Source of the DNA: an uncultured bacterium
GTDB lineage: Bacteria > Hydrothermota > Tepidihabitantia > Tepidihabitantales > Tepidihabitantaceae
Reading direction: 5' to 3'
Assembly (NCBI GenBank): GCA_964412225.1
Contig: CAYPNB010000001.1
Location: forward strand, 75,656-139,655
Length of the DNA stretch: 64,000 nucleotides
Position 1 is the first letter of the stretch. Each line of letters begins with the position of its first letter. A model generated the notes under the pieces. That model was not told the origin of the DNA. It did no database searches and saw only the letters and a program-made list of their open reading frames with translations. Positions 37,088 to 46,870 of this stretch are shown piece by piece. The position numbers and the translations under genes are program-made.

Positions 37088-38716
37088 ATGTACCCAGAAT
37101 CAATGCAGGAGTCAATTAAACGGCTGGAACAGACCCGGCAGGAGCGAATAAAACAGGGGAGGATCCCGCTCCTTGACGCCGAGGGCAAGAAGGCGCTGTT
37201 AAAGTCTTTTCATCCGGATTACATTGAGACCAGTATGCGGAGTTTGACGGTTGGGCCAAATCAGGGTGACCGCACTCCACACGAGATTGCCGATGTCCTG
37301 GAGGCATGGCCAGTTGTGGAGCCGAATCGGTTTGACCCGGATAATCCGAAGTTTGAAGTTGATGTACTGGTAATCGGCGGCGGCGGTGCCGGGGTGGCGG
37401 CGGCGCTTACCGCTGCTGAATTTGGGGCCCGGGTGCTCTTGACCACGAAACTCCGGCTCGGCGATGCCAACACGATGATGGCACAGGGGGGGATTCAGGC
37501 GGCGGACAAGGAGAACGATTCACCGGAAAGGCACTACCTTGATGTCCTGGGCGGTGGGCATTTCAAAAACATTCCAGAACTGGCGCGGGCACTGGTCACC
37601 GATGCCCCGGGAATAATCGCCTGGCTGGAAGGGCTGGGGGTGATGTTCGATAAACAGCCGGATGGCACAATGATAACAATTCACGGCGGGGGCACATCCC
37701 GAAAAAGGATGCACGCCTGCCGGGACTATACCGGTGCCGAGATCATGCGCACGCTCCGGGATGAGTTTCGCAACCGCGGGCTGGAGGTCCTGGAGTTCTG
37801 CGCCGCGGTGGAACTTTTAACCGATGGCAAGGGCGCCTGTACCGGTGCCGCATTTGTCAACCTGGATACAAATGAGCTGTTTACCATTCGGGCGAAGACT
37901 ACCATTCTGGCGACCGGTGGTTGTGGTCGACTGCACATCCAGGGGTTTCCCTGCACCAATCACTACGGTGCCACCGCGGACGGTCTGGTGCTGGCTTATC
38001 GTGCCGGTGCCAAACTGGTTTTCATTGATACCATCCAGTATCACCCAACCGGGGTTGCCTATCCGGAGCAGATCGTTGGTCTGTTGATTACCGAGAAGGT
38101 GCGCGGGCTTGGCGCTCACCTGGTGAACGTTGAGGGCAACCGGTTTATCTACGAACTGGAGAGTCGTGACATCACCGCATCGGCGATTATCCGGGAGTGC
38201 ACGGGTAGAAACAAAGGTATTAAAACACCTACCGGCAGGGTTGGTGTCTGGCTGGATACGCCACTGATTGAGGTTTTGAAGGGACCGGGTGCGGTAAAGG
38301 CAAACCTGCCGGCAATGTATCACCAGTTTGCCCGGTTTGGCATCTATATGGACAAAGAGCCGATACTCACCTACCCTACCCAGCACTACCAGAACGGCGG
38401 CGTTTTGATTAACGACCAGGGCGAAACCGGGGTGAAGAACCTGTATGCGGCTGGTGAGGTGGCGGGCGGTATTCACGGCCGAAACCGGTTGATGGGCAAC
38501 TCGCTTCTGGATATTCTGGTGTTCGGCAGGAGGGCGGGCAGGAGCGCGGCAGAAAAGGCACAGAGCATCGTGCCCGGTCCTGGGACGTTCCGCCACCTGG
38601 TTGCCTTTCAGGAAGAACTGAAAAAGGCGAAGGTCCCGCGCACGCGCCGGGCACCGATCCTTTTACCGGAATACCGGCAGCCAGAGCTACAGACGCCTTT
38701 TGCCTTTGTGAAATAA
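37088..38716 (+). CDS. Fumarate reductase/succinate dehydrogenase flavoprotein subunit (FrdA/SdhA/NadB family)
   Basis: 542 aa with an FAD dinucleotide motif (VDVLVIGGGGAGVAAALTAAEFGARV), the covalent-FAD region (MMAQGGIQAA), and active-site residues (HYGATADGLVLAYRAG...QYHPTG). Confidence 0.85.
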   Translation: MYPESMQESIKRLEQTRQERIKQGRIPLLDAEGKKALLKSFHPDYIETSMRSLTVGPNQGDRTPHEIADVLEAWPVVEPNRFDPDNPKFEVDVLVIGGGGAGVAAALTAAEFGARVLLTTKLRLGDANTMMAQGGIQAADKENDSPERHYLDVLGGGHFKNIPELARALVTDAPGIIAWLEGLGVMFDKQPDGTMITIHGGGTSRKRMHACRDYTGAEIMRTLRDEFRNRGLEVLEFCAAVELLTDGKGACTGAAFVNLDTNELFTIRAKTTILATGGCGRLHIQGFPCTNHYGATADGLVLAYRAGAKLVFIDTIQYHPTGVAYPEQIVGLLITEKVRGLGAHLVNVEGNRFIYELESRDITASAIIRECTGRNKGIKTPTGRVGVWLDTPLIEVLKGPGAVKANLPAMYHQFARFGIYMDKEPILTYPTQHYQNGGVLINDQGETGVKNLYAAGEVAGGIHGRNRLMGNSLLDILVFGRRAGRSAAEKAQSIVPGPGTFRHLVAFQEELKKAKVPRTRRAPILLPEYRQPELQTPFAFVK

Positions 38717-38719
38717 AAA

Positions 38720-38748
38720 GGGCGGCGAAAGCGCCGCCCTCAATTCCG
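38720..38748. terminator. Bidirectional rho-independent terminator (GGGCGGCG-aaag-CGCCGCCC flanked by A/T runs)
   Basis: Perfect 8-bp GC stem between convergent genes, with a T-run on the minus-strand side (TTTTTATTT). Confidence 0.6.
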
Positions 38749-38758
38749 GATATGAAAT

Positions 38759-39418
38759 TCAGTTAACGAGCAGTAGTTTTTCTTTTATCTCCAGATTTTC
38801 CGAGCGGATGCAGAGCAGATATACCCCTTTTGCCCGACCGGTAAGGTTGATGTTAATAGTGGCGGGGGTCAGGGCAGAGCCGGTGAGCAGTTCCTGTCCG
38901 GAGATGTCATAAATGCTGAATTTCACCATTTGACCGGGTTTCAGAGCAAGATTAAACTGCACCTGGTTGCCAGTTATCGGGTTGGGAATGCGCACCGATA
39001 ACGGCTCTGGTCCTGGTCGGGTTGGTGTGCTGATACCAACCAGGACGGTGTCTTCAAACCGCACCCGGCTTCCCTGCAGGTCATAACTGAACAGGTCGTA
39101 CCAGGTATCGGGCAGAATGGGATTAATTACCACCCTGTTTGGTATGCCGTTAACCTGATAAAATAGCTCTGCCCACTGGGGCCATTCGGGTTTCTGTTCT
39201 AACTGGACGGTATCGGTTGTCCCGGCAGGACCGCCCCAGCCCGGGGTGCTTTCCCTAACCGGTGCCGGGTTGGAAATCAGGTACCAAGTTATACTATCCA
39301 TCGTTACTTGGGCATTACCGGTTTCCAGAATCCCGGCAATGTCAACAAGGGCGAATCCGGGCGTCAAAAACAGCCCTGAAATCAGGATGATGCGGAAAAT
39401 GATATTTTTCGTTTTCAT
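38759..39418 (-). CDS. Small secreted protein with T9SS C-terminal domain
   Basis: Signal peptide; the C-terminus (...KFSIYDISGQELLTGSAL...GVYLLCIRSENLEIKEKLLLVN) matches the Por_Secre_tail pattern. Confidence 0.65.
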   Translation of the reverse strand: MKTKNIIFRIILISGLFLTPGFALVDIAGILETGNAQVTMDSITWYLISNPAPVRESTPGWGGPAGTTDTVQLEQKPEWPQWAELFYQVNGIPNRVVINPILPDTWYDLFSYDLQGSRVRFEDTVLVGISTPTRPGPEPLSVRIPNPITGNQVQFNLALKPGQMVKFSIYDISGQELLTGSALTPATININLTGRAKGVYLLCIRSENLEIKEKLLLVN

Positions 39419-39433
39419 ATTTTTCCCCCTGTT

Positions 39434-39913
39434 TTACAGTTCGTTATAGGTATGACAGATGACGATTACTGTCTTTTCCTCTTTTTTGGTTACATTGACC
39501 TGGACCACCTCTTTGTCGCCTTCGGCGACATAGGTTTCAAATTTATAATTCCACTCCTTTACTTCGTTGGAGTCAACCAGTTTCCAGCCAGCAAGAAGGT
39601 TGTGGTAGTATCGCCATATCGCATCCGGTTGATCCCGGGTTTCAAAGTTATAAGAACAGCCCCAGCGCGGTTTTTCGTATTTTCCGTAACGAGCAAGCGG
39701 TTTTGCTCCGGGATAAACCAGTTTTTTCGGCAGGCCGGTTAAGTCCACATCACCGACCTTACCCAGGAAAACTTCACCCAGAGCGCTGTTAAAAGTCGGC
39801 TCTTTCTTTTCCACTGTTGCTGGCGTTAGTTCGGGTTTTTTTGGTTTCGGACAACCGGTAAAAAGACAAAATATCAGCCCAATAGAGAAGAAAGTGGTTA
39901 TACGCCTTAACAT
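39434..39913 (-). CDS. Hypothetical lipoprotein
   Basis: 159 aa with signal peptide plus lipobox (LFTGC). No recognisable domain. Confidence 0.5.
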   Translation of the reverse strand: MLRRITTFFSIGLIFCLFTGCPKPKKPELTPATVEKKEPTFNSALGEVFLGKVGDVDLTGLPKKLVYPGAKPLARYGKYEKPRWGCSYNFETRDQPDAIWRYYHNLLAGWKLVDSNEVKEWNYKFETYVAEGDKEVVQVNVTKKEEKTVIVICHTYNEL

Positions 39914-40023
39914 ATTATAATTATAATTAATTTCAGGTTCCGGTCAACAGTTAATTTTCTTGACACCAATCGGTGGGAAAAGTATAATTTGCAGTTAATT
40001 AATTCAATTCAAAAGGAGGAAGA

Positions 40024-41625
40024 ATGAAAAAAGGCTGGCTGGTTCTTGCAATAATGTTAGTTATGGCGGACATTACCCTGGGTGTTCCGCTTTGGGTAAA
40101 AAAATATAACGGTCCGGCGAATAGTGATGAGGATGCCTGCGCGGTTTTTACCGATGGCGAAAGGAATGTGATTGTGGTCGGTTCCAGCCCGGGAACCGGA
40201 ACCGCCTATGACATTGTGGTGATAAAATACTCGCCGGCTGGGGATAGCCTTTGGTGTAAACGGATCGCCGGGTCCGGGATGTCCAATGATATGGCAAAAG
40301 CGGCAGCAGTTGATGCCAGTGGCGCGGTCTATGTTACTGGTACAACCGGCACCTTTCCGGATTACAACATTATTACCCTGAAAATCAACCCGGACGGCAG
40401 CGAAGCCTGGCAGACCATTTACCAAGGCAGCGCGGGCAAAGCGGATGAACCGGCAGATATGGTGATTGATGCCAGTGGCAATGTGTTTGTCACCGGCTAC
40501 GAGACCGATGCTGACGGCGTTACCAACTTTCTTACCATCAAATATAATGCCAGTGGCAGTCAGGGTTGGGTGGCAACCTATGATGGTGGCGGTTCTGACA
40601 ATGCGGTCGGAATTGCCCTGGCACCGGATGGCGGGGTTTACATTACCGGGGCAACGGTGCAGGGTTCATATCCTGATTTTGGGATAGTAAAATACACCGC
40701 TACCGGTGCGGAGGAATGGGTGAGGACGGTTAATGGTAGCGGCAATGCCGAAGACGTACCAACCGCAATCGGGGTTGATGCCAGCGGTGCGGTTTATGTT
40801 ACCGGCAGGAGCGCCACCGCGCCACCACCGGGTGGCCGTTACAACTATCTTACTGTGAAGTATAACGCCAGCGGTTCACAGGTCTGGTCAAAAGTTTATA
40901 CCGGTGCCAATCAGGGTGCCCAGGCATTGGGGCTGGTGGTTGGCACCGCCGCGGTTTATGTTACTGGTAATGCGACCCGAAGTGGCAACAGGGACTTTGC
41001 CACGGTTGCCTATAACCAGGGCACCGGAGAAACCCTCTGGGCGAGATTTTTCAATGCGCCCGCAAACCGGAATGATGAGCCCGCTTTTATTACCCTTGAC
41101 CCCCAGGGCAGGGTCCATATTGTCGGGATGACACAGGACACCCTGGGTCGTGCCGATTACTGCTGGTTGCGCTACTCCTCATCCGGAGTTCTGCAGGGTA
41201 GTTGTTTTTACAACGGCGCCTTTAATAATGATGACCGGGCGGTGGGTCTGGCGATTGACGCGATCGGAGAGGTGGTGATTACCGGCGTCAGTTATGGCGG
41301 TGTAAGCCCCTTCAATTATGACATCCTCACCGTTAAATATGACTCGGCGGCACCGGGTGTGGCAGAGATGCAACCCTTTGAGCAAAGGCGGGCCCGGATT
41401 CAACTTCAGCCCAATCCGGCGCGGAACCGGGTGAGCGTGAAATTGGACGGTCTGGGTGGAGCCATTAGAATCTGGGCGGTTAGCGGTGTGCTCTGTCAGG
41501 AAAAGGGTGTTGAGCCGGGTTTGCCGGAGTGCGGTTTGGATTTGCGCGGTCTGGTTCCGGGTGTGTACCTCATTGAGGTTCAGAAAAAGGACCGCCGGGA
41601 TGTGGCAAAGTTGATTGTGGAGTAG
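40024..41625 (+). CDS. SBBP (beta-propeller) repeat protein with T9SS C-terminal domain
   Basis: Repeated ~45-aa units containing GAVYVTG/GNVFVTG/GGVYITG (PF06739-like). The C-terminus (...VSGVLCQEKG...GVYLIEVQKKDRRDVAKLIVE) is a T9SS CTD. AAGGAGG RBS. Confidence 0.75.
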   Translation: MKKGWLVLAIMLVMADITLGVPLWVKKYNGPANSDEDACAVFTDGERNVIVVGSSPGTGTAYDIVVIKYSPAGDSLWCKRIAGSGMSNDMAKAAAVDASGAVYVTGTTGTFPDYNIITLKINPDGSEAWQTIYQGSAGKADEPADMVIDASGNVFVTGYETDADGVTNFLTIKYNASGSQGWVATYDGGGSDNAVGIALAPDGGVYITGATVQGSYPDFGIVKYTATGAEEWVRTVNGSGNAEDVPTAIGVDASGAVYVTGRSATAPPPGGRYNYLTVKYNASGSQVWSKVYTGANQGAQALGLVVGTAAVYVTGNATRSGNRDFATVAYNQGTGETLWARFFNAPANRNDEPAFITLDPQGRVHIVGMTQDTLGRADYCWLRYSSSGVLQGSCFYNGAFNNDDRAVGLAIDAIGEVVITGVSYGGVSPFNYDILTVKYDSAAPGVAEMQPFEQRRARIQLQPNPARNRVSVKLDGLGGAIRIWAVSGVLCQEKGVEPGLPECGLDLRGLVPGVYLIEVQKKDRRDVAKLIVE

Positions 41626-41636
41626 GTTAAATTTTG

Positions 41637-41666
41637 CTTGACAAAATCAGGTTGGCAGGCTATAAT
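41637..41666 (+). promoter_or_regulatory. Consensus sigma70 promoter (-35 TTGACA, 17 nt spacer, -10 TATAAT) for the 1222-aa T9SS cargo gene
   Basis: TTGACAaaatcaggttggcaggcTATAAT, followed by a ~125-nt leader that contains a hairpin CTGCCC-gag-GGGCAG and a TGTTTTTA run. Confidence 0.55.
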
Positions 41667-41795
41667 ATAATGCAGGGTTTAGCCTCTCACTTTAAACAGC
41701 GGTGCGGGTTACACTGCCCGAGGGGGCAGGGCTGTTTTTAAGGGGGGGCAAACCGCTGCAGTAATAATTAAGGTAAAAACAAAAAGGAGGCTAAG

Positions 41796-44700
41796 ATGAG
41801 TAAAAGCCACAAAGCAGCATGGCTGCTACTGGTGATGCTGGTAACATTCGGTTTTGCCGCATCACCGGTAATCTCTGCTGCCAAAGTTCACTACCACTGG
41901 GCGCCGACCGATTTGCACGCGACGCCCTGTACCAGAACCGACTGTGACCAGGCGACAATCTGGCGGGGCGGCGAGCCAACTCCACAGATTATCGGCGGCG
42001 GCACAGATGGAACCTGGGTGGCGATACCGGCGCCAACCACCGAACCTAACCGGATGTGTTCGGCAAACCCGTATGATATCGTGAATAACAAGGTATATAT
42101 GATTGGCGGTGACCCGGCAGGCTACTATGGTGTTGCCAACTGTCAGCGCTTTGATCCGGTCACCAACACCTGGACCGACCTGGCGAGTATGCCCGGCGCC
42201 CGCACCTGGCTGGACGGCGAGGGCTCCTATTGCCGGCACCTGGGCAAGATTTACATCGCGGGTGGCTACACCGGCAGTGCGAACAACAACATGTACGAAT
42301 ACGACATTGCCACCAACACCTGGACATCAAAGGCGACAATGCCCTCTGCTACGCTGGCGTATATGAGCGGTATCTGGAATGACTCCTTAATCTACATTAT
42401 CGGCGGTACCGGACCGTCGCTCGGCGGTTCAAACGTGGTCCAGATTTACAACGTTAACCGGAACACCTGGACAACCGGTACCTCACTGCCTGAGGCTGGT
42501 GATATGGGTTCGGGCACACTCGTTGGTGACACCATCTATATCACCAACGCCTATAACCGGACATCTGGCGCGCTCTGGGCTAACGCGCGCAAGGGTGCGA
42601 TTAACCCGGCCAACCCGACCCAGATAACCTGGTCAACCTGGACCGCGGTTCCGACCCTTGGCTTCAACGGCGCTACCACTCAGTGTCAGGGCTGGATCTA
42701 CCGGCTGGGCGGATTCGGCACTCTTTATGTGGGCTCTCAACACAAGCGGGGCTGGCGTTATCAAATCGCCACTGGCGCTTTTGAGACCCTACCTTGGTTG
42801 CCCAGCCCACCTACTACTGGCGTTGCCCGCTGCAACTTCCTCTCCCATGCTGATGCCACCAATGAAATCTTCAAGATTGCCGGAGATGACGAAGGTGACT
42901 GGAGTACCCCGAACAACACCTACTATCGCAATCAGTTCACACCACCGCATGATGTTGGCGTGTCCAAGATTCTGGTTCCGTCTTCACCGAAACTGCAGAT
43001 CGGCGTTCCAATCTATCCGAAGGTTGAGGTGAGAAACTACGGTCTTAACCATGAGTACAACTTCCCGGTTACCTTCCGGATTGACTCGGCAGGCACGATT
43101 ATCTATGAAGAGGCGAAGTTGATTGACACCCTCCGGGCCGGGACAGCGAGAGAGGTGGAGTTCGATAGTCCGTGGACACCGAACTGCGAACTCTGGGGCG
43201 GCTATTTCCTCTACTCGTTTACCGTTCTCTCCGGGGACCCGCTACCCGGCAACGACACCGCCAAGATGTACACTGTGCACAGCGTTGATACCATCTATTC
43301 CTACCGCTCCAGCAACCCGCCTTCAATTGACGGTTACATTGCACCAGGTGAGTGGAATGATGCCTACTTAGTGAATGTGGGCAATGTCGGTGGCTGGCAA
43401 GGGGCTCCTTATCCAGTTACCGCGGCAAAGGCGTGGTTCAAGCATGACGGCAACTATCTGTACGCCGCCTATGCGATGCCACTTGCAACCACCCGTGACC
43501 CCGGCGACCAGATTGGTTTCTACTGCGACGAGAACGACGATGGTCAGTGGGCAACTGACAACTCCGAAGGTAACTACTGGTACTGGGTGAGTGGCGCGGG
43601 TGCTGACGAGGTTCTGTACCGGCCGATTACCCCGAGCGGTCCCGGAACACCGGGCGTGGCGCCGGGTGCCCAGGCGGTGACCGGCACCTTCAACGGCTAT
43701 CTGGTGTTTGAGACCAGGACGCCGTTCGGTGTTCTGCCTTATCAGTTGAACCTGAACCCGGCAAACGACACCTGTGGTCTCTGGCTGTTTGAACTGGACG
43801 GCAGTAAGTTCTACGGCTGGTGGCCGGTGGATATGCCGAGCGACTCCTGGCTGGTTCCGAGAATGTACGGAACGCTGATTCTCAAGACCCTGCAGACCGG
43901 TGATGTCGGTGTGAAGTCAATTGACGCGCCGCGAAACGCCCGTCCGGGTGATGCGGTAGAGCCGAAGGCGACCTGGAAGAATTACGGCACGACGCCAATG
44001 ACCTTCACCGCCTACTATCTGATGAATGACCCGACCGGCGCCAGGGTCTACTCCCAGTCGCAGAACGCTAACCTTGCTGGTGGTGCGGAAATCCAGCTCA
44101 CCTTCCCGTCCTACACCGTGAATGTAGAGGGTGATTGGGCGGTGAAGTGCTCAACTGTGGCTGGTGGTGATGTTAACCCGGCAAACGACATCAAGACCGG
44201 TTCGTTCCGGGTGAGCACCGCTCCGCCCTGGCCGTATGGCTGGGCAGAGGTCAAGTCAATCCCGGCTGAGGCAAAGGATGGCGCATTCCTTGCCACCAAT
44301 CCGGAGAACGGCTTGATTTATGCCGCGCGCGGCAACAAGGCGGGCGACTTCTACTCCTATGACCCGAGTACCGATACGATGGGCAGCTGGACCGCTTTGA
44401 CCTCCTGGCCCAACGGCACCGAGGGCAAACCGCCTTCCAAGGGCGCGAACGGTTGCTATGGCGGTGGCTATATCTGGGCGGTCAAGGGCAATAACACCCT
44501 GGGCTTCTGGCGTTACTCCATTGATGGCAACAGCTGGGAGCAACTGACTGATGTGCCAATGGGCGCCAGCGGCAAGAAGATCAAGGGTGGTAGCGATATG
44601 GTGTATGTGGTGGAGGATGATGTTCCTTATGTCTACCTCTTAAAGGGCTACAAGCAGGACTTCTTCCGCTATAACATCGCGACCGCTGCCTGGGAGTCTC

Positions 44701-45464
44701 TGCCCGCAGCACCAGCAGGAACCAGGCCGAAGTGGGACAAGGGCTCCTGGCTGGTTTATGACGGTCAGAACACCCTGTATGCCCATAAGGCAAAGGTCCA
44801 CGAGTTGTGGACATTTGACCTGCTCACCGACCAGTGGGGAGCGAGCCCCCTGCCCGGTATGCCGGTGGCAAGCGGCAAGACCGGCAAGAACAAGAAGTCC
44901 AAGGACGGTTCCGATGCTGCCTACTGTCTGGGCTACATCTATGCGCTCAAGGGTGGTAACACCTGTGAGTGGTGGCGCTATGATGTTGCCGGTAACGCCT
45001 GGATCGAACTTGACCCGATGCCTGAGGTCGGTTCTACCGGCAAGAACAAACGGGTCAAGGGCGGTGGTGCGCTTGCTGGGTACGGCGAGTGGGCGTTCTT
45101 TGCCCTTAAGGGTGCCAAGACCATGGAGTTCTGGCGGTATGTTGACTCGGCACCGGTGTTTGCCCAGGCGCCACCGCGCTCTGGCGTGACCGCGGAGAAG
45201 GTGGCGGCTGGCCGGTTCGGGTTCACCCTGACGCCGAACCCGGTGGTCAGAGGCTACGGGCTGCTGTCCTACAGCGTGCCGCAGAAATCAGAGGCACAGG
45301 TGAAGGTCTACGATGTGACCGGCAGAGATGTTATGCATCTCAGCTTTGTTGCATCTGGGACCGGCACCCGGAGCCTTGACCTGCGGCAGCTGGCAGCGGG
45401 TGTGTATCTGGTGCGGTTTGAGAGCGCCGGCTACAGCGCCAGCCAGAAGCTGATCGTCCGGTAA
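41796..45464 (+). CDS. Large secreted beta-propeller repeat protein with T9SS C-terminal domain
   Basis: 1222 aa with a signal peptide. N-terminal Kelch-like blades (NKVYMIGGD, GKIYIAGGY, SLIYIIGGTG). The C-terminal half is built from ~6 repeats of a ~50-aa unit (...YALKGGNTCEWWRYD...W..L.P.P..GSTGKNKRVKGG...). Terminal CTD ...GVYLVRFESAGYSASQKLIVR. Confidence 0.8.
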   Translation: MSKSHKAAWLLLVMLVTFGFAASPVISAAKVHYHWAPTDLHATPCTRTDCDQATIWRGGEPTPQIIGGGTDGTWVAIPAPTTEPNRMCSANPYDIVNNKVYMIGGDPAGYYGVANCQRFDPVTNTWTDLASMPGARTWLDGEGSYCRHLGKIYIAGGYTGSANNNMYEYDIATNTWTSKATMPSATLAYMSGIWNDSLIYIIGGTGPSLGGSNVVQIYNVNRNTWTTGTSLPEAGDMGSGTLVGDTIYITNAYNRTSGALWANARKGAINPANPTQITWSTWTAVPTLGFNGATTQCQGWIYRLGGFGTLYVGSQHKRGWRYQIATGAFETLPWLPSPPTTGVARCNFLSHADATNEIFKIAGDDEGDWSTPNNTYYRNQFTPPHDVGVSKILVPSSPKLQIGVPIYPKVEVRNYGLNHEYNFPVTFRIDSAGTIIYEEAKLIDTLRAGTAREVEFDSPWTPNCELWGGYFLYSFTVLSGDPLPGNDTAKMYTVHSVDTIYSYRSSNPPSIDGYIAPGEWNDAYLVNVGNVGGWQGAPYPVTAAKAWFKHDGNYLYAAYAMPLATTRDPGDQIGFYCDENDDGQWATDNSEGNYWYWVSGAGADEVLYRPITPSGPGTPGVAPGAQAVTGTFNGYLVFETRTPFGVLPYQLNLNPANDTCGLWLFELDGSKFYGWWPVDMPSDSWLVPRMYGTLILKTLQTGDVGVKSIDAPRNARPGDAVEPKATWKNYGTTPMTFTAYYLMNDPTGARVYSQSQNANLAGGAEIQLTFPSYTVNVEGDWAVKCSTVAGGDVNPANDIKTGSFRVSTAPPWPYGWAEVKSIPAEAKDGAFLATNPENGLIYAARGNKAGDFYSYDPSTDTMGSWTALTSWPNGTEGKPPSKGANGCYGGGYIWAVKGNNTLGFWRYSIDGNSWEQLTDVPMGASGKKIKGGSDMVYVVEDDVPYVYLLKGYKQDFFRYNIATAAWESLPAAPAGTRPKWDKGSWLVYDGQNTLYAHKAKVHELWTFDLLTDQWGASPLPGMPVASGKTGKNKKSKDGSDAAYCLGYIYALKGGNTCEWWRYDVAGNAWIELDPMPEVGSTGKNKRVKGGGALAGYGEWAFFALKGAKTMEFWRYVDSAPVFAQAPPRSGVTAEKVAAGRFGFTLTPNPVVRGYGLLSYSVPQKSEAQVKVYDVTGRDVMHLSFVASGTGTRSLDLRQLAAGVYLVRFESAGYSASQKLIVR

Positions 45465-45482
45465 CCTTAACCGGAAAAAAGT

Positions 45483-45515
45483 AAGGGGCGGTCAATTGAC
45501 CGCCCCTTTTTATTA
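45483..45515. terminator. Bidirectional rho-independent terminator (AAGGGGCGGTC-aatt-GACCGCCCCTT plus T-run)
   Basis: 11-bp perfect stem between convergent genes, with T-runs on both flanks. Confidence 0.65.
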
Positions 45516-45525
45516 TCCGGGTTAT

Positions 45526-46071
45526 TTATCGGACAACAATAACCGGCTGAACCGAGTTGTCTTTAAGGTGCCGGCAGAAGTACACGCCCGGGGTTAAAGG
45601 CAGGGAACGAACCACCTGGCCAAGGGAGTTGCGCAGCTGGATGTTGCCCGTTTTTAACCAGTTGGCGATTAAGGTCGGGGTGGCAATTGTGCCCGGGAGA
45701 TGAACGGTGGGCGTTTCCTGAATTCCCACTTCACCGTGGAACATATAGCGGATCATATCGTTGGGAGGCGGGAATGAGTACCAGGAGTCGGGTGTCGGAC
45801 GGTAGATGCTGTCGGTGAGCGGCATCCCAGCCGCCAGCGCCACGATTTTGATTACCGCGGGCCAGCCTTCAAATTCCGGAAAGGCAAAACTGGCGGTTTC
45901 GCCGGGGTTGGCGTTCCAGCCCGGGGTGGTGAACCACTGCCGGGTTGAGCCGTATTCAAAATAGACCGAGTCAACTCCAATTGGCTCCATTTCGGTGAAG
46001 ATGTAACCGGTAATTCTCATCTGGGCGCGGGCAGAAGTTACCAGGGCCAGCAAGAGGAGAGCGAAAAACAT
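45526..46071 (-). CDS. Small secreted protein with T9SS C-terminal domain
   Basis: Start set at MFFALLLLALVTSARAQ (signal peptide); the longer ORF reaches 46134. The C-terminus (...NIQLRNSLGQVVRSLPLTPGVYFCRHL...) is CTD-like. Confidence 0.6.
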   Translation of the reverse strand: MFFALLLLALVTSARAQMRITGYIFTEMEPIGVDSVYFEYGSTRQWFTTPGWNANPGETASFAFPEFEGWPAVIKIVALAAGMPLTDSIYRPTPDSWYSFPPPNDMIRYMFHGEVGIQETPTVHLPGTIATPTLIANWLKTGNIQLRNSLGQVVRSLPLTPGVYFCRHLKDNSVQPVIVVR

Positions 46072-46187
46072 TTTTCTGTTCAAGGTATCCTCCTTTTTTA
46101 AAGAAGATTTTACCCCGCGGATTGTTGATGTCAAGAAATTTGCCCGACGATAATTGACAGAAGGAAAATGGAGTTTAAAATTTCTGT

Positions 46188-46856
46188 TTGGTAACGATGG
46201 GTATTGCCCGGTTTATTGACCACACCCTTTTGAAGCCAGAGGCAACGCCGGCGGATATTGCCCGGCTGTGCGCGGAGGCCGGGAAGTTTGGTTTTCTAAC
46301 CGTATGTGTTAATCCTGGTTATGTTTCGTTAGCCAGCCGGATTTTAGCCGGGACCGGGGTCGGGGTGTGTGCGGTGATCGGGTTTCCCCTGGGCGCAACC
46401 CTACCGGAAATTAAGGCGGCTGAGACCAGGGCGGTGGTGGCCAGGGGCGCCAGCGAAGTTGATATGGTGATGAATATCGGCTGGTTTAAGGCGGGTGAGG
46501 AACAGATGGTGGTTGAGGATATCCAGGGGGTGGTGAGGGCAGCGGCAGGGAGGCCGGTGAAGGTGATAATTGAAGCCGGGCTTCTGACCGAGGCGGAGAA
46601 GGTGCGCGCCACTGAAATGGTGGCCGGGTCCGGAGCAGGTTTTGTTAAGACCGCTACCGGTTTTCTCGGGAGCGGGGCAACGGTTGCGGATGTGGCGCTG
46701 CTTGCCCGGGTGGCGGGGGGCAGAATTGGCGTTAAGGCGGCGGGCGGCATCCGTACTTTAGTCCAGGCCCGGGCGCTTGTTGCTGCCGGTGCAACCCGTC
46801 TCGGCACCAGCGCCGGAGTCAGTATTGTGGCAGAGGAGTTAAAAGCACAAACTTAA
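46188..46856 (+). CDS. deoC: Deoxyribose-phosphate aldolase
   Basis: [11 protein letters not shown]...TVCVNP...DMVMNIG...VKTATGF...[10 protein letters not shown] are all DeoC signature blocks, with the Schiff-base Lys in VKTATGF. Confidence 0.85.
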   Translation: MVTMGIARFIDHTLLKPEATPADIARLCAEAGKFGFLTVCVNPGYVSLASRILAGTGVGVCAVIGFPLGATLPEIKAAETRAVVARGASEVDMVMNIGWFKAGEEQMVVEDIQGVVRAAAGRPVKVIIEAGLLTEAEKVRATEMVAGSGAGFVKTATGFLGSGATVADVALLARVAGGRIGVKAAGGIRTLVQARALVAAGATRLGTSAGVSIVAEELKAQT

Positions 46857-46870
46857 TAAGGAGGATAGTC

